A DNA stretch of 64,000 bases, taken from NCBI RefSeq assembly GCF_009914755.1, contig NC_060947.1; one strand, given 5' to 3'. A model generated the notes under the pieces. It was not told the DNA's origin and searched no databases. It saw only the letters and a program-made list of their open reading frames with translations. A program made the translations under genes and the position numbers. Of this stretch, positions 15,863-33,514 are shown piece by piece. The stretch is from the human T2T-CHM13v2.0 reference genome, Homo sapiens. Every line of letters begins with the position of its first letter. Position 1 is the first letter of the stretch.

Positions 15863-16249
15863 GTATCATCTATATCAATGAAGGAAAGACAAGCTATCAG
15901 AGATGGATGCTTGGGGACCCCTCCCTAGACCTGCTGTGTTGGATGCTCTTGGCCTGTAGTTCCTCAAAAATAGTCTCTCTTTGGTTTCCATTACACAACC
16001 TCCTGGCTGCCCTCCTATCCCTGGGCTACTCTCACTAGGACTCTTTCTTCTCTTCCTCTTTAAGTGTCAAAAATACCTGTTTCATCCAGAATTGCAGTCA
16101 TCTAAAGACTTGACTAGGATTACAGTATCTCCTTCCAAGATGTTTTATCTACATGGTTGCTGAAAGGAGGGTTTTTTGCTGATAATTATTATTAATCATA
16201 CTAATATAAAACTGTAATAAGTTCAACAAAGAAAAATATGTTGTTATAA

Positions 16250-17225
16250 AATGCTAAAATGGATGATTTGCCTTCCTCAGAAGGTCAGAGAAGGCTTGAC
16301 TTCTAAAGGATTAGTAATCTAGGCTAAACCAGGACAGAGCAGCATTCCAGAAAAAAAGGGAACATCATAGGCAAAGACTATATGGAGCAGGAGGGAGTAT
16401 GGTAAAAATAAGAACTCTAAGAAGTATAAGATAGCTGTTGCTGAGAGAACAAAGGAATTAGAAGCAAGTTGGGGCTGAAGACACAGAGGTAGGACCAAAC
16501 AGTGTAGGGATTTGTATGTCTTGGTAAAGACTTTGGGTTTTCTTCTAAGAGTAATGAGAAGGCCCATTCGAAAGGTTTAAGTAAGGTAGGGATGTAGTCT
16601 TTTTTTCTCACTTAACAGAATCACTCTGGCTGCTTATAAAGAGTACAACTATAGAAGTATTCTCTATAAGAGAATGGGGATGGAATATGAGAAGCCAGTT
16701 AAGTGGTTATTGCAAGTACAGACAAGAGTATATTGGATTAAAGTAGAAGAAGTAGAAATGAAGAGAAGTGAACAGACTTGAGAAAGGTATAGAAAGTAAA
16801 ACTGACAGCACTTGGTGATAGATTGGATAGGGGTGGTAGGAAGTATGAGAGAAGTGAGTGCCAGGATAATTCCTCTGATTTTTGGGCTTGTGTAACTGGA
16901 TGTGTGATGGTGTCCACACAAATACTGGGAACACTGGAAAAGAACACAATGGGGGAAGAGTGCTTGGTGGGGGTGTGGAGATCATGAGTTCAATTTTGAA
17001 CCAGTTCAGTTTGAGGTACCTTTGAAACAGCCAAGTAGAGAGTTGGTTAAATGGATGTGAAATTGGAATGAGAGATGTGAGTTGAAGATATAAATGTGAA
17101 TACAGTGTTCATATACATTTGAGAATTTAAGTTCTAGGCATGCATGAGCTCTCCTTATTGGAGGGAGAAGAGAAAAGAGAAAAGGGCCTAAAACTGAGCC
17201 ATAACACACCCTGGCATTTAATGGC
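16250..17225 (-). mobile_element. L2 fragment
   Basis: Antisense L2 text (aatcactctggctgc...tgagttcaattttgaaccagttcagtttgaggtacctttgaaacagccaagtagag). Confidence 0.75.
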
Positions 17226-18194
17226 CCACTTTTTTAAAGCATCATGGGAATGGATAAGTAAATTTAATCTCTAGTATGGCATAGTACAAAATACAAATAA
17301 TCCATTATTTTAAATTTGATTTCTTTTGTTTTTAATTTGGAGTTTTATTATATAATTAGAGAATATGACTGGCCTGCATAATTTATAGTTTTAGGAATTT
17401 ACAGGGATTTGCTTTGTAGCTTAATACACAATGGGTTTTTATAAATGTTATACAGACATTTGAAAAGAATATATCCTCTTTATTTTTATTTCTTATTCAC
17501 CTGTACTTCCAGTTGCTGTCTAAATGAATTCAACAAGGTGCTGAACCTCTAACGTCCTTGTTGAATCAGATTATCTATAGGTAATTGTATAAGGGGGTCA
17601 TAGTGCATGGCAGATGGTACCTTCGTGTGAGATTTTCTTTGGAAGGTAGTCATTAGATATTAGAGATATAGAGAGCTTAGGCCTTGGACCTAAGCCCTGT
17701 AGACAAATGGGTCTCACTTGATGCTCTGCTGTATAATCATAGAAGGTGGTTTTACCAGAAGATAGTGACTTCTTTGAGACTTTCAGAAGAAGGGTTACCT
17801 GGGCAGTATCGGTCCCAGAGTTCTTTACTGCGCAAAGACTTAGATAATAATAGAGGAGGGATGGCAAATACATTGTCTCAAAGTGGCACTTTTTCAATAT
17901 TTTCCAAAGGTAATATATTGACATAACACATCAGTTAGAGGAAGCTGTGTGGAAATAAGTGGGTGAAACTTGGGTGGGGGTGAAGGTAGAGAGAGGGGAA
18001 GGTAATCAAAGGTAGTGCTTTATTTTTTACTCTTTCTAGCACCAACCTAAAGCGGAGTCTTTACCTGCATGTCTGCACTCCTCAGATGTTAAAAGTCCTA
18101 TATCTCTAAAAGATACTGTTTACTATGTATTCTAACTTCTCAGTGTGTACTAACAGAGTTAATCCTTACTATGCCCAGTAAGCCTTATACTCCT

Positions 18195-18280
18195 CTTCAT
18201 CACACAGGAACAAGCCCAGACAGCTTAAGTAACATGTATGAGCTCACATAGCATAGCATAAGAATCCAAATTCCTTAGAT
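18195..18280 (-). mobile_element. MIR core fragment
   Basis: caggaacaagcccagacagcttaagtaacatgtatgagctcacatagc resembles the MIR core. Confidence 0.45.
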
Positions 18281-18545
18281 TGTTGAGCAATAGCTCTGAA
18301 ACTTTTTGGTCTTAGAACCTTTCATACTTTTAAAAATCATTGAACACGCAAAGAGCTTTTGTGTATGTGACTTGTATTTATCAATATTTACCATAGTGGA
18401 AATACCAATGAGAAATTTCTAAAACATGTATTTATTCAAAAATTTAATATGATATAAGTAAGCCAATAATATATTAATATAAATAGCATATTTTTATGAA
18501 AAATATTGCATTTCCCAAAAGAAATTAGGCTTAAGAGTAACGTTA

Positions 18546-18696
18546 CCTGGGCATGGAGGTGCATGCCTATAGCCCCAGCTACTTGGGAGGCTAAGTCGGA
18601 ATAATCACTTGAGCTCCAGAGTTTGAAATGAGCTATGATTGCACCACTGCGCTCTTGCATGGGGAACAGAGAGGGACTCATCTCAAGAAAAAAAAA
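18546..18696 (+). mobile_element. Alu monomer (FRAM/AluJ right-arm-like)
   Basis: Single arm plus poly(A). Degenerate TSD aagagtaacgtt (18533-18544) / aagagtagcttt (18697-18708). Confidence 0.8.
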
Positions 18697-18855
18697 AAGA
18701 GTAGCTTTGCCTTACTTTTCAGCAGATCTCTTTAATGTCTAGTTTAAAAGAAGACAGAAGGATTCTCATACATGTCTCTGCATTCAATCTGTAACAATCT
18801 GTTGTTTTGGCTCAAACATATGAAGAAAATATGGCTTTAAAAAGATATGTACTTA

Positions 18856-20955
<2,100 letters not shown>

Positions 20956-20985
20956 AAAAAGATATGTACTTAGAAAACATAGTAT

Positions 20986-21490
20986 CTTTTTTTAAATTTC
21001 AACTTTTATTTTAGTTACAGGATGTACATTATAGATTTGTTACATTAGAATATTTCATGATGCTGAGGTTTGGAATACAAATCCCATCACCCTGATAGTG
21101 AACACAGTCACTGATAGGTAGTTTTTTAACCCCCACCTCGTCTTTGCACCCTCTAGTAGTCCACAATGTCTATTGTTTCCATATTTATTTCCGTGTGTGC
21201 TCAATACTTAGGTCCTACTTATAAGTGAGAACATGTGGTGTTTGATTTTCTGTTACTGCATTAATTTGCTTAAGATTATGGCCTCCAGCTCCATCCGTGT
21301 TGCTATAAAGAACATGATTTCATTTTTATGGCTGCATTGTATTCCATGACATACATGTGCCACATTTTCTTTGTCCAATCTACCATTGATGGGCACCTAG
21401 ATTGATTGCATGTCTTTGTTATTATGAATAGCACAGTTGCAAACATTCAACTTCATGTGTCTTGTGTCTTTTTGGTAGAATAATTTGTTT
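20986..21490 (-). mobile_element. Old L1 3' end (L1PA16/L1PB-like)
   Basis: Antisense 3'UTR (caacttttattttag...gatgctgaggtttgg...cccatcacc). TSD not resolved. Confidence 0.75.
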
Positions 21491-22114
21491 TCATAACATT
21501 TAAAATAATTGTTTATGTTCTTCTTTGATGTTATATCAAAATTTGAAAAGCAGCAATTTCTTTTTTGTTTGTTTTCGCTTTTAAGTTCAGGGGTACAAGT
21601 GCAGGTTTGTTACATAGGTAAACTTGTGTCATGGAGGTTTGCTGTACAGATTATTTCATCACCCAGGTATTAAGCCTAGTACCCATTAGTGATTTTTCCT
21701 GATCCTCTCCCTCCTCTCACCATCCACCCTCTAATAGGCCCCAGAGTATGTTGTTCCCTTCTGTTTGTCCACATGTTATCATCATTTAGCTCCCACTTAT
21801 AAGTGAGAACATGACATATTTGGTTTCCTGGTCCTGCCTTAGTTTGCTAAGGATAATGGCCTCCAGCTCCATCCATTGCCCTTCAAAGGACATGATCTTG
21901 TTCTTTTTTTTTTCTTTATATACTTTAAGTTTTAGGGTACAAGTGCACAATGTGCAGGTTAGTTACATTTGTATACATGTGCCATGTTGGTGTGCTGCAC
22001 CCATTCACTCATCATTTAACATTAGGTATATCTCCTAATGCTATCCCTCCCCCCTACCCACCCCCCACAACAGGCCATGATGTTCCCCTTCCTGTGCCCA
22101 TGTGTTCGTATTGT

Positions 22115-26259
<4,145 letters not shown>

Positions 26260-26322
26260 TATGATGTTAGCTGGTTATTTTGCTCGTTAGTTGATGCAGT
26301 TTCTTCCTAGCCTCGATGGTCT

Positions 26323-27219
26323 TTACAATTTGGCATGTTTTTGCAGTGGCTGGTACCGGTTGTTCCTTTCCATTTTTAGTGCTTCCTTCAGGAGCTCTTT
26401 TAGGGCAGGCCTGGTGGTGACAAAATCTCTGAACATTTGCTCGTCTGTAAAGTATTTTATGTCTCCTTCACTTATGAAGCTTAGTTTAGCTGGATATGAA
26501 ATTCTGGGTTGAAAATTCTTTTCTTTAAGAATGCTGAATATTGGCCCCCACTCTCTTCTCACTTGCAGCATTTCTGCCGAGAGATCTTCTGTTAGTCTGA
26601 TGGGCTTCCCTTTGTGGGTAACCCGACCTTTGAATGTTGGCCTGCCTTGCTAAATTGCGGAAGTTCTCCTGGATAATATCCTGCAGAGTGTTTTCCAACT
26701 TGGTTCCATTCTCCCCATCACTTTCAGGTACACCAACGAGACTTAGATTTGGTCTTTTCACATAGTCCCATATTTGTTGGAAGCTTTGTTCATTTCTTTT
26801 TATTCTTTTTTCTCTGAACTTCTCTTCTCACTTCATTTCATTCATTTGATCTTCCATCACTGATACCCTTTCTTCCAGTTGATCAAATTGGCTACTGATG
26901 CTTGTGCATTCGTCACGTACTTCTTATGCCTTGGTTTTCAGCTCCATGAGGTCCTTTAAGCACTTCTCTGCATTGGTTATTCTAATTAGCCATTCGTGTA
27001 ATTTTTTTTCAAGGTTTTTGACTTCTTCACGCCATGGGTTTGAACTTCCTCCTTTAGCTCAGAGTAGTTTGATCATCTGAAGCCTTCTGCTCTCAACTCG
27101 TCAAAGTCATTCTCCATCCAACTTTGTTCAGTTGCTGGTGACGAGCTGCATTCCTTTGGTGGAGGAGAGGCACTCTGATTTTTAGAGTTTCCAGTTTTTC
27201 TGCTCTGTTTTTTCCCCAT
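26323..27219 (-). pseudogene. L1 ORF1p, disrupted (~122 bp internal deletion)
   Basis: ATG at 27219; fragments KRPNL...ENTLQDIIQENF and NFQPRISYPAKLSF...KHAKL. Confidence 0.9.
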
Positions 27220-27793
27220 CTTTGTGGTTTTATCTACCTTTGGTCTTTGATGATGGTGACATACAGATGGGGTTTTGGTGTGGATGTCCCTTCTGTTTGT
27301 TAGTTTTCCTTCTAACAGTCAGGACCCTCAGCTGCAGGTCTGTTGGAGTTTGCTTTTGGTCCACTCCAGACCCTGTTTGCCTGGGTATCAGCAGCAGAGG
27401 CTGCAGAACAGTTAATACTGGTGAGCAGCAAATGTTGCTGCCTGAACGTTCCTCTGGAAGTTTTTTCTCAGAGGAGTACCTGGCCATGTGAGGTGTCAGT
27501 GTGCCCCTACTGTGGGGTGCCTCCCAGTTAGGATACTTGGGGGTCATGGACCCACTTGCGGAGGCAGTCTGTCCATTCTCAGATCTCCAGCTGCATTCTG
27601 GGAGAACCTCTACTGTCTTCAAAGCTGTCAGACAGGGACATTTAATTCTGCAGAGTTTTCGGCTGCCTTTTGTTTGGCTATGCCCTGCCCCGGTGCTGTA
27701 GTCTACAGAGGCAGGCAGGCCTCCTTGAGCTGCAGTGGGCTCCACCCAGTTCGAGTTTCCCAGCTGCTTTGTTTACCTACTCAAGCCTCGGCA

Positions 27794-27967
27794 ATGCCGG
27801 GAACCCCTCCCCCAGCCTCTCTGCCACCTTGCAGTTTGATCTCAGACTGCTGTGCTGGCAATGAGCGAGGCTCCGTGGGCATGGGACCCTCCAAGCCAAG
27901 CATAGGATATAATCTCCTGGTGTGCCATTTGCTAAGCCCATTGGAAAAGTGCAGTATTAGGGTGTGA
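27794..27967 (+). pseudogene. L1 ORF0 homolog, 57 aa (shorter than the 71-aa L1HS form)
   Basis: MPGTPPPASLPPCSLISDCCAGNERGSVG..., antisense in the 5'UTR. It matches the primate L1 ORF0 N-terminus as I recall it. Confidence 0.7.
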
Positions 27968-29431
27968 GTGACCTGATTTTCCAGGTGCCATCTGTCACCC
28001 CTGTCTTTGACTAGGAAAGGGAATTCCCTGACCCCTTGCACTTCCTGGGTGAGGTGATGCCTCGCCCTGCTTCACCTCACGCTCCGTATGCTGCATCCAC
28101 TGTCCTGCTCCCACTTTCTGACACTCCTCAGTGAGATGAACCCAGTACATCAGTTGGAAATGCAGAAATCACCCATCTTCTGTGCCGCTCACACTGGGGG
28201 CTGTAGTCTGCACCTGTTCCTAATCGGCCACCTTGGCTCCACCCCCACGATCTTGTTCTTTTTTATAGCTTCATAGTATTCCATGGTGTTTATGTACCAT
28301 ATTTTCTTTATCCATTCTATCATTTTGCGGCATTTAGGTGGATTCTATGTCTTTGCTATTGCAAATAGTGCTGCAGTAAACACATGCATGTATGTGTCTT
28401 TATAATATAATCATTTATATTTCTTCAGGTATGTGCCCAGTAATGGGATTTCTAGTTCAAATGGCATTTCTGTCTTTAGGTCTTTGAGGAATTACTGCAC
28501 TATCTTCCACAATGCTTCAACTAATTTACACCCCACCAACAGTGTAGAAGCATTTTTTTTTCTCTACAACTGCACCAGCATCTGTTATTTTTTTGACTTT
28601 TTAATGATAGTCATTCTGACTGGTGTGACATGGTATCTAACTGTGGTTTTCATTTGCATTTCTGTAATAACAAGTGATGTTGAGGTTTTTTTGATATGAT
28701 TTTTGGCTGCATTTATGTCTTCTTTTGAAAAGTGCCTTTTTATGCCCTTTGCCCACTTTTTAATGGAGTTGTTTGTTTTTCTCTTGCACATTTTTTGCAT
28801 TCCTTATAGATATTGGATATTAGACCTTTGTCAGATGCATAGTTTACAAAAATTTTCTCCCAATCTGTAATTCTGTTTACACCCTTGATAGTTTCTGTTG
28901 CTGTGCAGAAGGTCTTTAGTTTAATGAGATTTCATTAGTTGATTTTTGATTTGTTGCAGTTGCTTTCAGGAATTATAGTTCTTTGTCACTAAATCTTTGC
29001 CCACTCCTATGTCCTCAGTGGTATGGTCTAGGTTGTCTTCCAGGGTTTCTATAGTTTAGGGTTTTACATTTAAGTCTGTAATCCATCTTGAGTTAATTTT
29101 TGTATATGGTATAAATAAGGAGACCAACTCTGATCTTCTGAATATGGATACCCAGTTATCCCAGCACCACTTCTTTAATAGGAAATTATTTACCCATTGC
29201 CTGTTTTGTCATATTTGTCAAAGATTAGATAGTTGTAGGTGTGCAGTCTTATGTCTGGGTACTCTATTCTGTTCCACTGGTCTATGTCTCTGTCTTTGTA
29301 CCAGTACCATCCTGTTTTGGTTACTGTAGACTTGTAGTATAGTTTATGCAGTGCAATGCCTCCAGCTTTGTTCTTTTTGCTTAGAACTGGCTTGGCTATT
29401 CAGGCTCTCGTTTGGTTCCATATGAATTTTA

Positions 29432-30503
29432 TTTTTTATTTTTTATTTTTTTTTTAAACAACAGCAAGAACAAACACAACAACTTTATTTTTTAGTGTCA
29501 TTAATTCAAATAGGTTAGATTTCACTTACCAAATCATTCAACTTTAATTTTTAAGCACTTAACATAAGACAAGTACTGTATTCAATGCAGAAAGCATGAT
29601 AGTAAGATAGACACTAAGCCTATGTCTCTGCATTTTTCAGTCTTTAAAAGGGCAGAAAAGTAAACAAACCGTAACACCAAATGTATTTAGAGCTACAATA
29701 CAGGAAGTGCAAAATCTAGTAAAATCACAGAGCAGGAGCAATGAGCTAGTTTATGAGGTCAAGGAAGATTCCTAGAGGAAATGATATTTAATTCATGTTT
29801 TCAAATTTGAGGTTGATCAATTTAGTAAATCAAATAGAGTAGAAAAGAACAGAAACTATGAGGTTGCATTGCACATAAAATGTGTAAGTATTGTTTCAAG
29901 AAGTACTTTTTCCAGTTTTTTTTTTTATCCTCTAGAATATATTTATTAATTGTATTTAATTGCAGGATTTTACATTGATCACAATTAAAATTACTATCTT
30001 TTCTGTATGCCCACTGTTCTGTCTGCTCAGTATATTTCTTTTTTTTCTTTCTTTCTTGTTATCTCTTTTTTTTTTTTTTTTAACTTTTTTTTTTTTTATT
30101 ATACTTTAAGTTTTAGGGTACATGTGCACATTGTGCAGGTTAGTTACATATGTATACATGTGCCATGCTGGTGCGCTGCACCCACTAACGTGTCATCTAG
30201 CATTAGGTATATCTCCCAATGCTATCCCTCCCCCCTCCCCCGACCCCACCACAGTCCCCAGAGTGTGATATTCCCCTTCCTGTGTCCATGTGATCTCATT
30301 GTTCAATTCCCACCTATGAGTGGGAATATGCGGTGTTTGGTTTTTTGTTCTTGCGATAGTTTACTGAGAATGATGGTTTCCAATTTCATCCATGTCCCTA
30401 CAAAGGACATGAACTCATCATTTTTTATGGCTGCATAGTATTCCATGGTGTATATGTGCCACATTTTATTCACAATAGCAAATACTTGGAACCAACCCAA
30501 ATG
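29432..30503 (-). mobile_element. Very young L1 (ACG/A type, L1PA2-L1HS boundary): 5'-truncated and inverted, with 3' transduction
   Basis: L1 body 30098-30467, inverted piece 30468-30507, transduced DNA ~29456-30080, terminal poly(T) 29432-29455. TSD tccatatgaatttt at 29417-29430 and 30504-30517. Confidence 0.92.
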
Positions 30504-30916
30504 TCCATATGAATTTTAAAATACTTCTTTTAGTTCTGTGAAGAATCTCAATTGCAGTTTAGTAGGAATAGCATTAAACCTATACATTGCTTTGGGCAGT
30601 ATCTGCAAAGCCAGATTCGAAGCCAACCAGGGGTGGAGGCAGTCCCCCAACACAGCACAGCTGCTCTGCAAAAACATGGCTAGACAAGTAGTAATTTCTT
30701 AAAGCTTGGTTGAAATGTGTAATGTGAAACAATATCAGTGAGCTTTTCATAATCTGTTACATTAAAATCCATTGGTCTATCTTGCATTTTAAATGGATTT
30801 TTTCCTATGCATGATTTCGTAATATCACCACGTTGGTGACTTAAAAAATTTTGGTTCACTCAGTTGTGTGGGTCTTCAAAACGTTGTCATGTTTCATTGT
30901 ACAATAACAAAAAATC

Positions 30917-31206
30917 TGTCTGGGCACGGTGGCTCATGCCTGTAATCCCCATATTTTGGGAGGCTGAGTTGAGGATTGCTTGAGGGCAGGAGTTCAAGAC
31001 TAGCCTGGACAACATAGTGAGACCTCATTCAAGAAAAAAATAAATTAGCCAGATATGTTTCTACATGCTGGTAGTCCTGGCTATTTGGAATGCTGAAGTG
31101 GAAGAACTGCTTCAGCCTAGGAGTTCAAAGCTGTAGTGAGCTATGATTGCACCACTGAACTCCAGGCTGGGTGACAGAGAGACCCTGTCTCAAAAAAAAA
31201 AAAAAA
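30917..31206 (+). mobile_element. Alu (AluJ-like)
   Basis: Diverged dimer with J-type wording (gaggattgcttgag...gtgagctatgattgcaccactg) and poly(A). Confidence 0.9.
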
Positions 31207-32455
31207 GCCTTCTTGAATATCACCACCAATCTGTTCAGAAAACCATTTTAACTTTTAAGAAGACTTCTGCCACATAGAGGCAGATAGGAATTTGTCAAAA
31301 TCTTAACTTTTGCTTGAAAACTCAAATTTTGTTTTTGGTAAAATATCTATCAAAGACTAAATTTGAATAACCACAATTTGCCTCCCAGTTGCTCTTTGAA
31401 GTAAAACAGCATTCAATAAAAATAGCATCTAGGTCTACCTATACCCCAAACAATCATATAAGTGCTTTATTTTTTTTTTTTTTTGAGACAACCATTGCAC
31501 TTCAGTGTACAGAAGAAGTGCTTCTGGCCATATAGAATATTAAAAAGACTTTTACTTAATAGTTAATATTTAATAAAATTAGTACTTTATATAGTTTCAT
31601 CAAGGTATTCTTAAGTGAAACTGATGTTTTTAAAACTAAAATGTATGATATTCTTCTATATAACATCTACTAGCTCACTTTGCTGCTGCCTTGATTTGTG
31701 CTAAGGTGCCAACAGTTTAATTGACCATTGCTCTTGCACCATCAGGACAAGTATCAATGCAGTGAAGAAGGCACATAATGTCTTCATATTACCGTAAAAA
31801 TATTGTTTGGCCTCATGGGCCCCTGAAAGTATCTTGGGGATCCTGGGATATTTGTAGATACATTAAGAACCACTCATGTAGCAATAAAAATGAATGGAAT
31901 TTGTGCTATAAATCCTGCTTTTAATGGACACGTGGCATCTACAGATGGAGTAGCATATAGTGTTATTCTGTATATGCCAACTTTAAAGGTGAGTCCCATT
32001 TTCATTCAGGGCTCTTTAGTGTCCCAAGATTTCCTGTTCATTTACACTGTAGGAAACTGTCAGACAGATTGTACAGCTTTACTGTTAACTGCCCAGCTAA
32101 TAACAGCAGTAGGTGTTTCCTAGGAGAGTGATTTGTTTTCTGGGGAGAAATCATTTGTTAGCAGGCTGGGTTGAAGCCTACTATAGAGGTGCTCCAGATG
32201 TGACAATTGCCAGGCTTTAAGAAACAATGTCTATTAATTGAGAACCCGAGAGGCCTATCCAAGGATTTCATGCTTGCAATCAAGTGTCTATGAGTTCTGA
32301 TGCATGTGTTTGGAAACATGATGTGTGCAAAAGCCATATGTGTTCCATTTTCTGGCCACTCTAAAAGGACAATGAGTGAATCTCTCCCTCATGATCTGAG
32401 ACAAGAAATAACGCTGCAGAAAGTAATGGAGTTGCCACATGTGACACATTGCTTT

Positions 32456-32762
32456 ATTTTTTCTTTCTTTCTTTTGGGCGGGGGGATAGAGTCTTGTTCT
32501 GTCGTCTAGGCTGAAGTGCAGTGGCACTATCTAGGCTCACTGCAACCACCGCCTCCTGGGTTCAAGCGATTCTCCTGCCTCAGTCTCCCGAGTAGCTGAG
32601 ATTACAGGCCTGTGCCACCATGCCCAGCTACCTTTTGTATTTTTAGTAGAGATGGGATTTCACCATGTTGGCCAGACGGTCTCAAACTCCTGACCTCAAA
32701 TGATCTGCTCGTCTATGCCTCCCAAAGTGCTGGGATTACGGTGCAAGCCACCACGCCTGGCC
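32456..32762 (-). mobile_element. Alu (AluS-like)
   Basis: Antisense dimer. TSD cacatt(g/a)cttt at 32445-32455 and 32763-32773. Confidence 0.93.
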
Positions 32763-33009
32763 CACATTACTTTCTAATTTGAGCTCTTCTCCAGTACCCT
32801 CTAATCGAAGAGACTGCGAAATGGATTAACTCTACCGTATTAGCTGGAAGAACATATCACTGTTAAGCTTCATTCATGATGCTTGGCTTCAAGAGAGCCA
32901 ACTAGGAAACCCCCTGAGAGTGAAATAGTGAACTTGTGGAATCCAGCCAAAGGACTACTGGGGAATTACATGATTGTTGCAGTCCTATTTAATAAGAGTA
33001 GTTGATGAC

Positions 33010-33125
33010 AATGATTGAGCCCTTACCATGACAGGCACTGTGGCTGAACATTTGCTATGTATATTTATGTATGCTATGTATATGTATAATTTAATTCTCA
33101 CAGTAAAATATCCCAGTTCAGGCAA
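33010..33125 (-). mobile_element. MIR fragment
   Basis: attgagcccttaccatgacaggcactgtggctgaacattt...tttaattctcaca. Confidence 0.5.
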
Positions 33126-33514
33126 TCTTTTTGTAGAACCACATTCTAAAATGTACTACCTCTTGATGACCTGTGGAAGTTTTAAAGCAAAATCAAACAT
33201 ATATTACTTAGCAGATTTTAAATGAGCAAACCAAAGTGGATAAATTATTTCCATCCCATATTCAGATATTTTTAATGCTGAATTTTCATAGCAAATACCA
33301 CAGTATACCCATAAATGGAGCTATATCTCCACATATTTTTCCACCAGTGGAGATTTTTATCAATTTGAAAAGCTGCCCTGAGGGATTTAAAGAACACAAT
33401 TTTTTCCAATAAACAATGGAAAATTGGTGAAAGTCATAAATCTCATGAAAATGTGTATTTTTCTCGATAATGTCACAATTTTAGGCAAAATTGCTTAGGC
33501 TTCTAAGTAGTCTC

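Noticed and set aside
17684-17926. 80-aa ORF in unique DNA (and the overlapping 108-aa minus ORF)
   Set aside because: Non-ATG start for the plus ORF, no recognisable domain, and lengths expected by chance.
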